Source of the DNA: a bacterium
GTDB lineage: Bacteria; Krumholzibacteriota; Krumholzibacteriia; G020349025
NCBI GenBank assembly: GCA_031362565.1
Contig: JANLSU010000088.1
Coordinates: 1 to 64,000 of the forward strand
Length of the DNA: 64,000 nucleotides
Direction: 5' to 3'
Part shown: positions 9,468 to 20,214 of the stretch, piece after piece
Position numbering within the stretch: the first letter of the stretch is position 1
Layout: each line of letters starts with the position of its first letter
Translations under genes and position numbers: made by a program
The notes under the pieces: model-generated
Seen by the model: the letters and a program-made list of their open reading frames with translations, nothing else
Databases searched by the model: none
Told to the model about the DNA's origin: nothing

Positions 9468-12400
9468 ATGCGTCGCTCCACGCACTACCGCCTTTGGGTT
9501 TGCCACCGGCCCGCGATTCTCGCCGCCGGTGTCGCAGTCGCAGCCGCGTTCCATGCGAGTTCCCCGGCGTGGGCCGTCGCGCCGGTGGTTCGCCACGAGA
9601 TTACCAGCACAACATCCGCAATCGATGCCGCTGGAATGACCGGTGATCGGGGTCCGAGCAAGGCGCTCGACGACACGACTTGGATCGCCGATTGGTCCTT
9701 CGACGGGCCGGGCGGCACTTGCGTCAGCGCCGGTTGGACCGCGTACGACGCGTACGTCCAGAACGACGGATCCAACTTCTGGGTGATCGACAATCGCTTC
9801 AGCGGCACCTGCGGCAGCAGCAAGGCATCGGTGCTCAGCAAGCACGACCTCTGCTGGCCGCATGACGGGTACGGCAACGACTGGGACTACTCCATCGTGC
9901 TCAAGTACCAAGCTCCAGCCACCCTCTCCTTCGATATCCTGTACGACACCGAGCCGGGCTATGACTTCGTCACGGTCGAGACCGATTCACTGGGGCTGTC
10001 GGAAGCGCGCCTCGACCTCTGCGCCCATCCGACCGCCAAGGCCGCCGACCTGCGAAAGGAATTGCTCTCGCTCGACGGACTGAGCGGTGGATGTGTGCAC
10101 ATCGGACCCGTGACGCTCACCAACTTCGGACCTGGCACGCACGAGGCGTACATCCGGTTCGCGTCGGACACCGGTTATTCGGACCAAGACGACGGATATC
10201 CGACTTCCCTCCACGCCGCCGCGGCGATCGATAACATCGTCATGACCGGCCCTCTATCGTATTCGGAGGGCTTCGAGGCGGCGCTGAATCCCAACGTGCA
10301 GTTGCTCAATACGGGCAACGCGCAACATTTCTGTGCGGCGCCGTGGTGGCGGCTCTTTCCGCACGTGACCGACAACGACAAATGCACCGAAAACCTGACG
10401 TGTGCTTGGCTCGACTCGGATCCGCTCCGGATCGCGTTCGACCCGTCGATGACATTCGGGCCGGCGCAGGCCGTCATCCACAACTGGCTCGACGACGTGC
10501 TCGTGAGTCCATGGGTGAGCCTCGCGTCGACACCAGGGGCGGCAGGCACGGTGCTCTCCTTCCGGCGCTTCGGCGGCAACCTCGTTTCCCGCGGTGACAT
10601 CGTCCAGGGTTGGCGTGTGCGGACCCGGCTTCGCCGCGCCAACACCGACACCCCGGCGCCGGGAGATTCGATCGACTGTACGACGGCCTGGGGACACGCG
10701 CACCAGTTCAGCTCCCTGGACAGCTTCCAATGGCTGACCTTCGTCAACGACATGACGCCTTTTTTCGCGCCGTCGGGCCGCGAGATCCAAGTGAGTTTCC
10801 GGAATACCGATTTCCAATTGCTGGTCGGTTTGCCGGCGCCTTCGACCCTCAATCCGGGACCCGGTCCTTACATCGATCGCGTGCGGATCGGGCGGCGCGT
10901 GCTCACGGGTCCGGTCTTCAACGAGGGCATCGACGCCCGCACCCAGGCGCAGGATGCGTTTCCGACGGTGCGGAACTCGATGGCACCTGGCGAGCATTTC
11001 TCGCCCGACGGTTCCAACCGGTTCGGGACCTGTGCCTTCTCGGCCGGCCAAGACGTGGGGATCAATGGGTGCTGCTCGAGTCTCGTCACCGGCGACTCGA
11101 TCACGCTCGATCAAGTCGTCGACGCACGGAATGCGGGTGGCGTTGCGTCGGTGCGCTTCTATGGCGCGATCACCAGCGGCCCGCACTATGGCAAGGCGCC
11201 GGTTCCGTACACGGTAGGCGCCAATGGGTTCTTCCAAGTGAACGCCGATAGTGCGCGCGGCCTGGCCGGTACGGTGATCGCCAACCGCTGGTTCGTGGAC
11301 GTGGACGACACCTACTTTCGAGGCAGCGATGTGCTCGAGTACTTCTGGGCGGCGACCGACAACAGCGGCGGCTTCGCGTCCGATCCGCTGGGCTTGACGG
11401 CATTGCCCGCCTCGGTGGCAGCCGCCGAGACGGTGACCGGGGGATTGCTCGAGGTCAATTTCTTGCCGTCGATCAATTGGAGCGCCTCCTACCTGGCACG
11501 AATCGCCGCCGATGCGCACGGGGATCTCGACCCGACGCCGGCAGAACTGGCTCAATCGACGCAGAAGAATTGCATCTTGTACGTCCAGAAGGCGAACAGC
11601 CGGCGTCGTAGTGGCATCATCAACCGTACGTCGTTCATGTACACGCTGCATTTTCAACAGCTCTTCGACGTCTATGACGTGCAGGGGTACGGCAACACGA
11701 ACAATGCGCTCGGCAGCCGCGCCAACGTCGGGCAATGCAGCGGGTATGCGCTCATCATTCAAGATGACGGGCGGTCGACACTGACACCCAATGTGCCGGA
11801 GGGTCTCAACACCGACAGCGAGAAGATCAACCAGGCGCAGTGGTACCGCGACTACTTGGCGCAGGGCGTGAGCGGACTCGTTGGCTCTGCGACGCTGTGG
11901 ATCATGGGCGAGAACACGGCATTCGAGAAAGCGTCGAATCCGTTGTTCGCGGTCGACATGGGACTGGCGGGGGTCGTCACAGATCAAGCCCTCAGCGTCA
12001 ATCCCGACGTGCAGGGCAGTGCTTCGTTCACGTGGGCAAACGGTGGGGTGACGAATTTCGTCGGCGACAAATTCAGCCTCAATGGCGGCTGCCCGGCAGT
12101 TCGTGCCTACGACGGTGCAACGGCCGCCGGAACCGCCGTCGTGACCCACAATTATCGCTCGGGCCCGACGACGGGCACCGGCGCCATCGTCATGAACAAG
12201 AACTCGGTGCTCAAGTGGAATACGGTGTGGATGGGATTCGGTTGGGCGGACATCCGGGACGCCTTCAACAGTCCCCCCGGACAGCCGGCGGGGGCGCTGA
12301 TGACCAAGGTTCTCAGCCAGTCGCTGCCATTCCAATGCATTGTTCAAATGCATACGGACAGCGGCGAAGACCCCGAGACCGCCGTGCCACGGGTGACGGC

Positions 12401-12671
12401 ACTGCATCAGAACGTCCCGAACCCATTCAACCCGGCGACCCGGATCACCTTCGACCTGGCGCAGGCGGGGCCTGTGAAGCTGCAGGTATTCGATGTCGCC
12501 GGGCATTTGGTGCGGACACTCGTCGACGGCACGCTCGCGGCCGGGCGCGGCCATCAAGCTGCGTGGAACGGCCTCGACGAGTCCGGCCATCGGGCGTCGA
12601 GCGGCGTGTACTTCTACCGGCTCACGGCCGGTGAATTCACCGCGACGCGTAAGCTGGCGTTGCTCAAATAG
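9468..12671 (+). CDS. large secreted protein with C-terminal FlgD-Ig/T9SS-like domain, family paralog P1 (inverted, most divergent copy)
   Basis: GGGAGG RBS; signal peptide; DTTWIADWSFD, YDTEPGYDF jelly-roll-like motif; C-terminal NVPNPFNP...SGVYFYRL...RKLALLK; collinear with P2-P9. Confidence 0.85.
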   Translation: MRRSTHYRLWVCHRPAILAAGVAVAAAFHASSPAWAVAPVVRHEITSTTSAIDAAGMTGDRGPSKALDDTTWIADWSFDGPGGTCVSAGWTAYDAYVQNDGSNFWVIDNRFSGTCGSSKASVLSKHDLCWPHDGYGNDWDYSIVLKYQAPATLSFDILYDTEPGYDFVTVETDSLGLSEARLDLCAHPTAKAADLRKELLSLDGLSGGCVHIGPVTLTNFGPGTHEAYIRFASDTGYSDQDDGYPTSLHAAAAIDNIVMTGPLSYSEGFEAALNPNVQLLNTGNAQHFCAAPWWRLFPHVTDNDKCTENLTCAWLDSDPLRIAFDPSMTFGPAQAVIHNWLDDVLVSPWVSLASTPGAAGTVLSFRRFGGNLVSRGDIVQGWRVRTRLRRANTDTPAPGDSIDCTTAWGHAHQFSSLDSFQWLTFVNDMTPFFAPSGREIQVSFRNTDFQLLVGLPAPSTLNPGPGPYIDRVRIGRRVLTGPVFNEGIDARTQAQDAFPTVRNSMAPGEHFSPDGSNRFGTCAFSAGQDVGINGCCSSLVTGDSITLDQVVDARNAGGVASVRFYGAITSGPHYGKAPVPYTVGANGFFQVNADSARGLAGTVIANRWFVDVDDTYFRGSDVLEYFWAATDNSGGFASDPLGLTALPASVAAAETVTGGLLEVNFLPSINWSASYLARIAADAHGDLDPTPAELAQSTQKNCILYVQKANSRRRSGIINRTSFMYTLHFQQLFDVYDVQGYGNTNNALGSRANVGQCSGYALIIQDDGRSTLTPNVPEGLNTDSEKINQAQWYRDYLAQGVSGLVGSATLWIMGENTAFEKASNPLFAVDMGLAGVVTDQALSVNPDVQGSASFTWANGGVTNFVGDKFSLNGGCPAVRAYDGATAAGTAVVTHNYRSGPTTGTGAIVMNKNSVLKWNTVWMGFGWADIRDAFNSPPGQPAGALMTKVLSQSLPFQCIVQMHTDSGEDPETAVPRVTALHQNVPNPFNPATRITFDLAQAGPVKLQVFDVAGHLVRTLVDGTLAAGRGHQAAWNGLDESGHRASSGVYFYRLTAGEFTATRKLALLK

Positions 12672-12792
12672 ATGCAGTGGGACGGCGCCGGTCGAGTCCC
12701 AGGCGCCGCCTGCTCCAAGCTCAGCTTGACGCTGGCCGGTGCGCGGAGGACACTCCGCGCATCGGCGCTTTTTGAGCTTGGAGTGGACTGGC

Positions 12793-13497
12793 GTGTATCC
12801 CGAGAACGACACCCGGGTGCTGGCAACGTTGACGGCACGCCTGTTGGCGCAGCTCGCCGACACGGGCGCCGCCTTCGTCCTCATGTTCGTGCTGGTCTTC
12901 ACCGTCGTGTTCTCGGCCAGCATCGTCGCATCGCCCGGCCAAGTGTTCCTCGCTTTCGCCGTGACAATGGCGTGCGTCGCTTGCATGGCGTACGTGCTGC
13001 TCTCCGACGGTTTGCCGGGCGGCCGAAGCCTGGGTAAGAAGCTGCTTGGAATCGAAGTCATCCACGCGACGACCGGGCGCCCGTGCACGTACGGTCAGTC
13101 GCTCGTTCGCAACTTGGTGTTGTCGTTTTTGGGCCCCATCGACTGCCTGTTCATCTTCGGTGGGCGGCAGCAGCGCCTTGGTGATCGCGCCGCGCAAACC
13201 ATCGTGGTGTTGACGCAGGTGCGAGAAGCGTTGACGGGCTTCGCGCCCCAGAGCGCGGCGCTCGGCGCCGCCTGGAGTGCGCCGTCGCGGCCGCTGGAAC
13301 CACCGGTGTACACCGGCAGTGTCGCGGCGCCGCTGTCGAGACCCGCCGGCTTCAGTGCGCCACCGCACGGAACCCGCGCGCCGGTGCCGGCCCCTCCCGG
13401 GGGCGGCCGGCAGGCTGACGAAACCACGAATCCACTTGCCGCCAGCCCCACGAAGGAGCCGGCGGCGGGCAAGCGCGACGACTGGATCCCCTTCTGA
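12793..13497 (+). CDS. RDD family membrane protein with Pro/Ala-rich tail ending DDWIPF
   Basis: RLLAQLAD, two TM helices, GRSLGKKLLGIEV, RN, QRLGDRAAQTIVV; start uncertain (GTG 12793 has GGAG upstream). Confidence 0.82.
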   Translation: MYPENDTRVLATLTARLLAQLADTGAAFVLMFVLVFTVVFSASIVASPGQVFLAFAVTMACVACMAYVLLSDGLPGGRSLGKKLLGIEVIHATTGRPCTYGQSLVRNLVLSFLGPIDCLFIFGGRQQRLGDRAAQTIVVLTQVREALTGFAPQSAALGAAWSAPSRPLEPPVYTGSVAAPLSRPAGFSAPPHGTRAPVPAPPGGGRQADETTNPLAASPTKEPAAGKRDDWIPF

Positions 13498-13660
13498 TCG
13501 CGATGCGAGGAACGCCAATGGTTGCTGGAATGCCGGCGGGCCGAGTACCGGCGCGCCATTCGCGTCCGCATTTTGACGCTCGTTGGCCTCGTCTTGGCCG
13601 CGGTCGCGGCAGTCGCGTTGTTCACGCGCCGCGGTTGATGCAATGCGTCCGGTCTTACGC

Positions 13661-16600
13661 CTACTTGAGCAGCACCATCTTGCGGGACGCACTGAACGCC
13701 GGCGCATCGAGCCGGTAGAAATAGATGCCGCTCGCGACCCGGGCGCCGGAGTCGTCGAGGCCATCCCATGAAACCTTGTAACGCCCGGCGGGGCGCGCTT
13801 CGTTGACAAGAGCGCGCACCTGGCGGCCGCCGACGTCGAAGACGCGGAGCGCGACAGCGCCACGGGCTGCGAGATCGAACCGGATCTCGGTCACCGGGTT
13901 GAATGGATTCGGTACGTTGGGATGCAGCGCAGTCACGGCCGGCAGCGCGCCGGTCGTTGGGTCGCCGCCGACACCCGTCGTGGGCGATTGCTGGCAGGCC
14001 GGCGGCACCACGCCATTCAAGATCTTGGTTGCGAGATCGAGTTCCGGCGTCCCCGGCGCTCCCGAGTCGCGGATGTCGAACCAGCCGAAGCCCATCCACA
14101 CGGTGTTCCAGTGCAGCGCCGTGTTCTTGTTCATGACAATCGCGCCAGGACCGGTCGCCGTACTCGACCGATACTTGTGTGTCACTACCGCCGTTCCCGA
14201 GGCACTTGCACCGTCATAGAACCGTGCGGACGGACAACCACCTTGCAGGGTAAAAACGTCGCCGGTGAAGTTCGTCACCCCGCCACTGGCCCAAGTGAAA
14301 GATGCGCTGCCCACGACCTCAGGGTTCACTGCCACCGCCTGGTCATTCACGATGCTCGTCAGGCCCATGTTGTTCGTGAACAGTGGGTTCGATTGTTTCT
14401 GGTAGACCGTATTCTCGCCCAAGAGCCACACCGTCGCAGTCCCCGCGAGTCCGCCAACGCCCTGCGCCAAGTAGTCGCGGTACCACCCCGCCTGGTCGAT
14501 CTTGTTGTCGTTCCAGATGAGACCATCCGGCACGTTCGGAACCAGACTGGACCGGCCGTCGTCCTGAATGATCAGTGCGTAACCGGCGCATTGCGCCACG
14601 TTCGCCCGGCCACCGAGTTGGTTGTTCGTGTTGCCGTAGCCTTGCACGTCGTACACGTCGTAGTGGCCCGCGTAGCCCAGCCGGTCCAGCGTATACATGA
14701 ACGCCGTGCGCTGGGTCGCCCCCGTGCGCCGCGCCGAATTCGATTTCTGGAAGTAGAGAAGGCAATTCGCCTGGCTCGAGTTCGCGACTTCGGCGGGCGT
14801 TGGATCGAGGTCGCCGTGCGCATCGGCTGCAATCCGTGCCCGGTAGACCGGATCCCAGTTGATGACCGGCAAGTAAGCCACTTCGCGCAGGCCATCGGTT
14901 GCGACCTCCGCTGCCCCGACCGAGGCCGGCAGTGCCACCAAACCGGTTGGGCTCGAGGTAAAACCGCCCGCGATATCAGTCGCGGCCCAGAAGTAGTCGA
15001 GCTGGTCACCACCTCGGAAGTATGTGTCGTCCAAATCCACGCACCAGCGGTTCGCAACCACCGCACCCAAGGAATTCCGGGCGCTGTCCGCCGCGACGGC
15101 AAAGAACCCGTTTCCGCCCACCGTGTATGGCGCGGGGGCCTTGCCCGCATGCGGGCCAGCGACAATCGCGCCATAGAACTGCACGGAAGCCACGCCACCG
15201 GCACCGCGCGCGTCGACGACGCTGTTCAAGTAGATCGAGTCGCCGGTGATCAATCGTGAGGTGGTATTTCCAATCCCCAGGTCGGCGGCATCGGAAAAGG
15301 CGCACGTGCCGAAGCGGTTGGAACCATCCGGCGAGAAGTGCTGACCTGGCGTGATCGAGTTTTGAACGGTTGAAAATGCATCCTGCGCCTGGGTACGTGC
15401 GTCGCTCCCGACATCGATTGCCGGGCCCGTGAGGATGCGCCGGCCGATCCGAACGCGGTCGTTGTACGGCCCCGGCCCGGGGTTGAAAGAGCCGGGTCCC
15501 AGAGATCCAACCAAGTACTGGAAATCCACATTCCGGAAGCTGACTTGGAGCTCCTTCGCTGTCGGGGTGAAATTCGCGGTCATGTCGAACGCCAACGTCA
15601 CCCACGTGAAGGACCCCAGGGAATTGAACTGGTTTGCGTGACCCCACGTGCTGATACCGTCGATCGAGTCGCCCGGCGCGGGGGTGTCCGAATTGTCGAC
15701 CTTTGCCTTCGTACGCACCCGCCAGCCTTGGGTGATGTCGCCCTGCCCGAAAGGGTTGCCGCCAAAACGCCGGAACGTGAGGATCGCGCCGGTCGCACCG
15801 TGGACCGACCCGAGACTCACCCATGGACTGACGAAAATGTCGTCGAGCCAGTTGTGGACGACTGCACGGCCAGGAGCAAAGGCCATATCTGGAAGGAACG
15901 CCGGCCGGAGCGGATCTGTCCCCAGCCACGCACACGTCGCGTCCTCGGTACATTTGTCGTTGTCGGTGATATGGGAGAACAGGCGCACCCAGGGCGCGGC
16001 ACAGAAGTGCTGTGTGTTGCCTGTATTGAGCAACTGCGCGTTAAGATTGAGCGCCCCCTCGAAGTTCTCTGAATACGCGAGCGGACCCGTCACGACGATG
16101 TTGTCGATCACCAGGGCGGCGTGGAGTGCAGTCGGGTAACCGCCATCCTCGTCCGAGTCTGCGGTGTTCGACGCGAACCGGATGTACACTTCGTGCGTCC
16201 CGGGTCCGAAGTTGGTGAGGGCCACGGGTCCGATGTGCTGACATCCACCGCTCGTTCCGGTGAGTTCGAGCAGTGTCGTTCGCATTCTTGCCGTAGACGA
16301 GATCGGGCTCGAAGGCGGATCGAGGCACAGATCGAGGCGTGTCTCGGACAGCCCCAGTGAGTCGGTTTCGACGGTGACGAAGTCGGCGCCCGCCTCGCTG
16401 TCATAGAGCGCGTCAAACGCGAGCGTGGCTGGAGCTTGATACTTCAGCACGATTGAATAGTCCCAGTAGTTGCCGTAGCCGTCACGCGCCCAACAAAGGT
16501 CGTGCTTGCTGAGCACCGCCGCCTTGCTGATGCCGCAGGTCCCGGCGAAGCGGTTGTCGACCGTCCAGTAGTTGGATCCGTCGTTCAGAATGTGGTTGTC

Positions 16601-16879
16601 GTACTTGACCCAGCCCGCGTCGGTGCAACCCCCGCCCGGAGCGTCGAACGTCCAGTCCGCGATCCAGACGGTGTCTCCCAGCGCCTTGTCCGCCGTCGAC
16701 GGAGCCTGCGGACTGCCTATCACATCCACTTCGCCAATCTCGGGCGAGTATTCGGCATGCTCGGCGGGAAGCGCGGCGAGAGCAACGCGGGCCGGCGCCA
16801 GGAGACACGCGAGCAGTGCGCCAGCACTCGACCCGCGCCACGCTAGGGTTCTGGCTCTGTGACTTGTCGGAGTGTGCAC
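13661..16879 (-). CDS. secreted FlgD-Ig C-terminal domain protein, paralog P2
   Basis: 1072-aa ORF; GAAGGAG RBS; signal peptide; DTVWIADWTFD; ends NPFNP...RKMVLLK. Confidence 0.9.
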   Translation of the reverse strand: MHTPTSHRARTLAWRGSSAGALLACLLAPARVALAALPAEHAEYSPEIGEVDVIGSPQAPSTADKALGDTVWIADWTFDAPGGGCTDAGWVKYDNHILNDGSNYWTVDNRFAGTCGISKAAVLSKHDLCWARDGYGNYWDYSIVLKYQAPATLAFDALYDSEAGADFVTVETDSLGLSETRLDLCLDPPSSPISSTARMRTTLLELTGTSGGCQHIGPVALTNFGPGTHEVYIRFASNTADSDEDGGYPTALHAALVIDNIVVTGPLAYSENFEGALNLNAQLLNTGNTQHFCAAPWVRLFSHITDNDKCTEDATCAWLGTDPLRPAFLPDMAFAPGRAVVHNWLDDIFVSPWVSLGSVHGATGAILTFRRFGGNPFGQGDITQGWRVRTKAKVDNSDTPAPGDSIDGISTWGHANQFNSLGSFTWVTLAFDMTANFTPTAKELQVSFRNVDFQYLVGSLGPGSFNPGPGPYNDRVRIGRRILTGPAIDVGSDARTQAQDAFSTVQNSITPGQHFSPDGSNRFGTCAFSDAADLGIGNTTSRLITGDSIYLNSVVDARGAGGVASVQFYGAIVAGPHAGKAPAPYTVGGNGFFAVAADSARNSLGAVVANRWCVDLDDTYFRGGDQLDYFWAATDIAGGFTSSPTGLVALPASVGAAEVATDGLREVAYLPVINWDPVYRARIAADAHGDLDPTPAEVANSSQANCLLYFQKSNSARRTGATQRTAFMYTLDRLGYAGHYDVYDVQGYGNTNNQLGGRANVAQCAGYALIIQDDGRSSLVPNVPDGLIWNDNKIDQAGWYRDYLAQGVGGLAGTATVWLLGENTVYQKQSNPLFTNNMGLTSIVNDQAVAVNPEVVGSASFTWASGGVTNFTGDVFTLQGGCPSARFYDGASASGTAVVTHKYRSSTATGPGAIVMNKNTALHWNTVWMGFGWFDIRDSGAPGTPELDLATKILNGVVPPACQQSPTTGVGGDPTTGALPAVTALHPNVPNPFNPVTEIRFDLAARGAVALRVFDVGGRQVRALVNEARPAGRYKVSWDGLDDSGARVASGIYFYRLDAPAFSASRKMVLLK

Positions 16880-16943
16880 GGAGACATCTCCTTCGCCGTG
16901 GTCGCCTCGCCGGGTCTGGCCCCCGCCCGGCGCGCGCTGACGA

Positions 16944-19900
16944 CTACTTCAGCAGCACCATCTTGCGAGACGCGCTGAACGCCGGCGCATCGAGCCGGTA
17001 GAAATAGATGCCGCTTGCGACCCGGGCGCCGGAGTCGTCGAGGCCGTTCCACGAGATCTTGTAACGCCCGGCGGGGCGCGTTTCGTTGACGAGGACGCGC
17101 ACCTGGCGGCCACCGACGTCGAAGACGCAGAGCGCGACTGCGCCCCGGGCTGCGAGATCGAACCGAATCTCGGTCACCGGATTGAATGGATTCGGGACGT
17201 TAGGATGCAGTGCGGTCACGGCCGGCAGTGCGGCAAGCGTTGGATCGCCGCCCACACCGGTCGTCGGTGATTGCTGGCACGCGACCGGCACCACGCCGTT
17301 CAGAATTTTGGTCGCGAGACCGAGCTCCGGCGTGCCCGGCGCCCCCGTGTCGCGGATGTCGAACCACCCGAAGCCCATCCACACCGTGTTCCAGTGCAGG
17401 GCCGTGTTCTTATTCATGACGACCGCGCCGGGGCCGGTCGTCGTACTTGACTGGTATTTATGGGTCACCACGGCCGTCCCCGAAGCGCTGGCACCGTCGT
17501 AGACCCGCACGGACGGGCAACCACCCTGCAGTGTGAACGTGTCGCCGGCGAAATTCGTCACGCCGCCACCGGCCCAGTTGAATGACGCGTTGCCAACGAC
17601 ATCTGGGTTCACCGCCACCGCCTGGTCCGTCACGATGCTGGTCAGGCCCATATCGGTCGCAAAGAACGGGGTTCGTCGCCTTCTGGAACGCCGTGTTTTC
17701 GCCCAAAATCCACACCGTGGAGGTGCCCGCGACTCCACCACCGCCCTGCGCCAAGTAATCGCGATACCACTGCGCCTGGTTGATCTTGTTGTCGTCCCAG
17801 ACGATGCCATCCGGAACGTTTGGAACTAGACTCGAACGGCCGTCGTCTTGAATGATCAGGGCGTAACCGGCACATTGCGCCGGCGTTGCGCGGCCGCCAA
17901 GTTGGTTGTTGGTGTTGCCGTAGCCCTGCACGTCGTACACATCATAGTGACCCGCGTAGCCCAGACGGTCCAGCGTGTACATGAACGACGTCCGTTGTGG
18001 GAGCCCCGTGCGGCGGCCTGAGTTCGATTTTTGGTAGTAAAGGATGCAATTCGTCTGGCTCGAATTCGCGATCTCACCGGGAGTAGGATCGAGGTCGCCG
18101 TGTGAATCGGCCGCAATCCGCGCCAGGTAGCCCGAATCCCATTGAATCGTCGGCAAATACGTCACTTCGCGCAGGCAATCGGCGATGCGCGCCGCAGCGA
18201 CCGATGCAGGCAGTCCGGACAGGCCTGCCGGGCTCGAGGCGAATCCACCCGCGTTGTCGGTCGCGGCCCAGAAATAGTCGAGCTCGTCGCCACCGCGGAA
18301 GTACGTATCGTCCACGTCCACGAACCAGCGATTCGCCACGACATTACCGAGATTGTTGCGAGCGCTGTCCGCCGAGATTGCAAAGAACCCATTGCCGCCG
18401 ACCGTATACGGTGCAGGCGCATTGCCCAGGTGCGGACCAGCGACGATCGCGCCGTAGAACTTGACGCTCGCAACTCCACCGGCGCCACGACCGTCGAGCA
18501 CGTTCTGCAACAAGATCGAGTCGCTGGTGATCAGGCGCGACGTCGTATTGCTCGTACCGAGGTCGCTCCCTCCCGAAAAGGCGCAGGCACCAAAGCGGTT
18601 GGCGCCGTCGGGCGAGAAGTGCTGACCCGGCGTGATCGTATTCTGCGCCGTCGCAAACGCATCCTGCCCCTGGGTACGCGTGTCGATCCCAACGTCGATG
18701 ACAGGACCGCTGAGGATGCGGCGTCCGATCCGGATGCGGTCGTTGTACGGGCCGGGGCCCGGGTTCAGTATCAACGGCGGAAGTACGCCCGAAATCAGTT
18801 GTAAGTCAATATTCCCTAAGCTGACTTGAATCTCGCGCGCGGCTGGGTTGAAGTTCGCGGTCATGTCGAACAATGCTGTCGTCCATGAGAAGCTTCCGAG
18901 CGAGTTGTATTGGTTGGCGTGTCCCCACGTCCCAACACAGTCAATCGAGTCGCCAGGCGCCGACGTATCCGTGTTGTCGACTTTGGTCCTCGTGCGCACT
19001 CGCCAGCCCTGAACGATATCACCATTGGCCAGGGGATTCCCGCCGAGACGCCGGAACGAAAAGATCGTACCACTGGCGCCCGGGGTCGACGCCAAGCTCA
19101 CCCACGGGCTCACCACAATCTCGTCGAGCCAGTTGTGAATAACCGCCCGCCCAGGACCAAATGCCATATCCGGAAAAAACGCGGGGCGAAGGGGGTCGGA
19201 ATCCAACCATGCGCACGTGATGTTCTCGCTGCACTTGTCGTTGTCCGTGATGTGCGAAAGCAGCCGCCACCACGGCGCAGCGCAGAAGGATTGGGCGTTG
19301 CTGGTGTTGAGCAACTGCACATTGGCGCTCAGCGCGCCCTCGAAGTTCTCGGAATACGATAGCGGGCCGGTCATCACAATATTGTCGACGACCAGCGCGG
19401 CGTTGTTCGCGGTTGGCCAGTTGCCATCTTCATCCGAGTAACCGGTGTCGGACAGGAATCGAATGTAGACTTCGTGCGTCCCCGGGCCGAAGTTGGTGAG
19501 CGCCGCAGGTCCGATGTGAATGCATCCGCCGCTAGCCCCGCTGAGATACAACAGTGTCGCCCGAAATTCCGGCGGACCGTCGAAGCGCGGGTCACCAGTA
19601 CCGCACAAACGGAAGCGGGCCTCGGACAGGCCCAGCGAGTCGGTTTCGAGGGTGATGTAGTCGTAACCTGCCTCACTGTCGTAGAGCGTGTCGAACGCAA
19701 GCGTGGCCGGTGCCTGGTACTTGAGGACAATCGAATAGTCCCAGTTGTTGCCGTAGCCGTCTCGCGCCCAACAGAGGTCGTGCTTGCTCAATACCGCAGC
19801 CTTGCCGAATCCGCACGTCGCCGCGAACCGGTTGTCGACGGACCAATAGGTAGACCCATCATTCTTGACGTAGTTGTCGTGCTTGACCCAACCGGCGTCG

Positions 19901-20148
19901 GTGCAGCCCCCACCCGGGGCGTCGAACGTCCAGTCGGCGATCCAAACCGTGTCCCCCAGCACCTTGGCAGCGGTGAGCGGCGCCTCGGGATCCCCGATCG
20001 CATCCACTTCGCCGACTTCCGGCGTGTGTTCCAGCGGTTCGGCAGGGTGCACGGCAAGAGCGTCCCTGGCAGTCGCGAGGAGACACCAAGCGACAGCCAC
20101 GTGGAGCAAGGCGGCGATTCGGTCCCGGCCGCACATCCGTCCGCGCAT
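16944..20148 (-). pseudogene. paralog P3, frameshifted (+1 nt at 17668-17671)
   Basis: N-terminal ORF (17458..20196) and C-terminal ORF (16944..17810) join if one base is removed from the G4 run (AAC CCC GTT C vs AAC CCG TTC); span 3205 = 3n+1; could be a sequencing error. Confidence 0.8.
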
Positions 20149-20214
20149 GCGAAGGCCCCTTTCACAACGAACCGCGTAGCCCGGCGCCGCTGGCACGACG
20201 CGCCGAATCCACGA

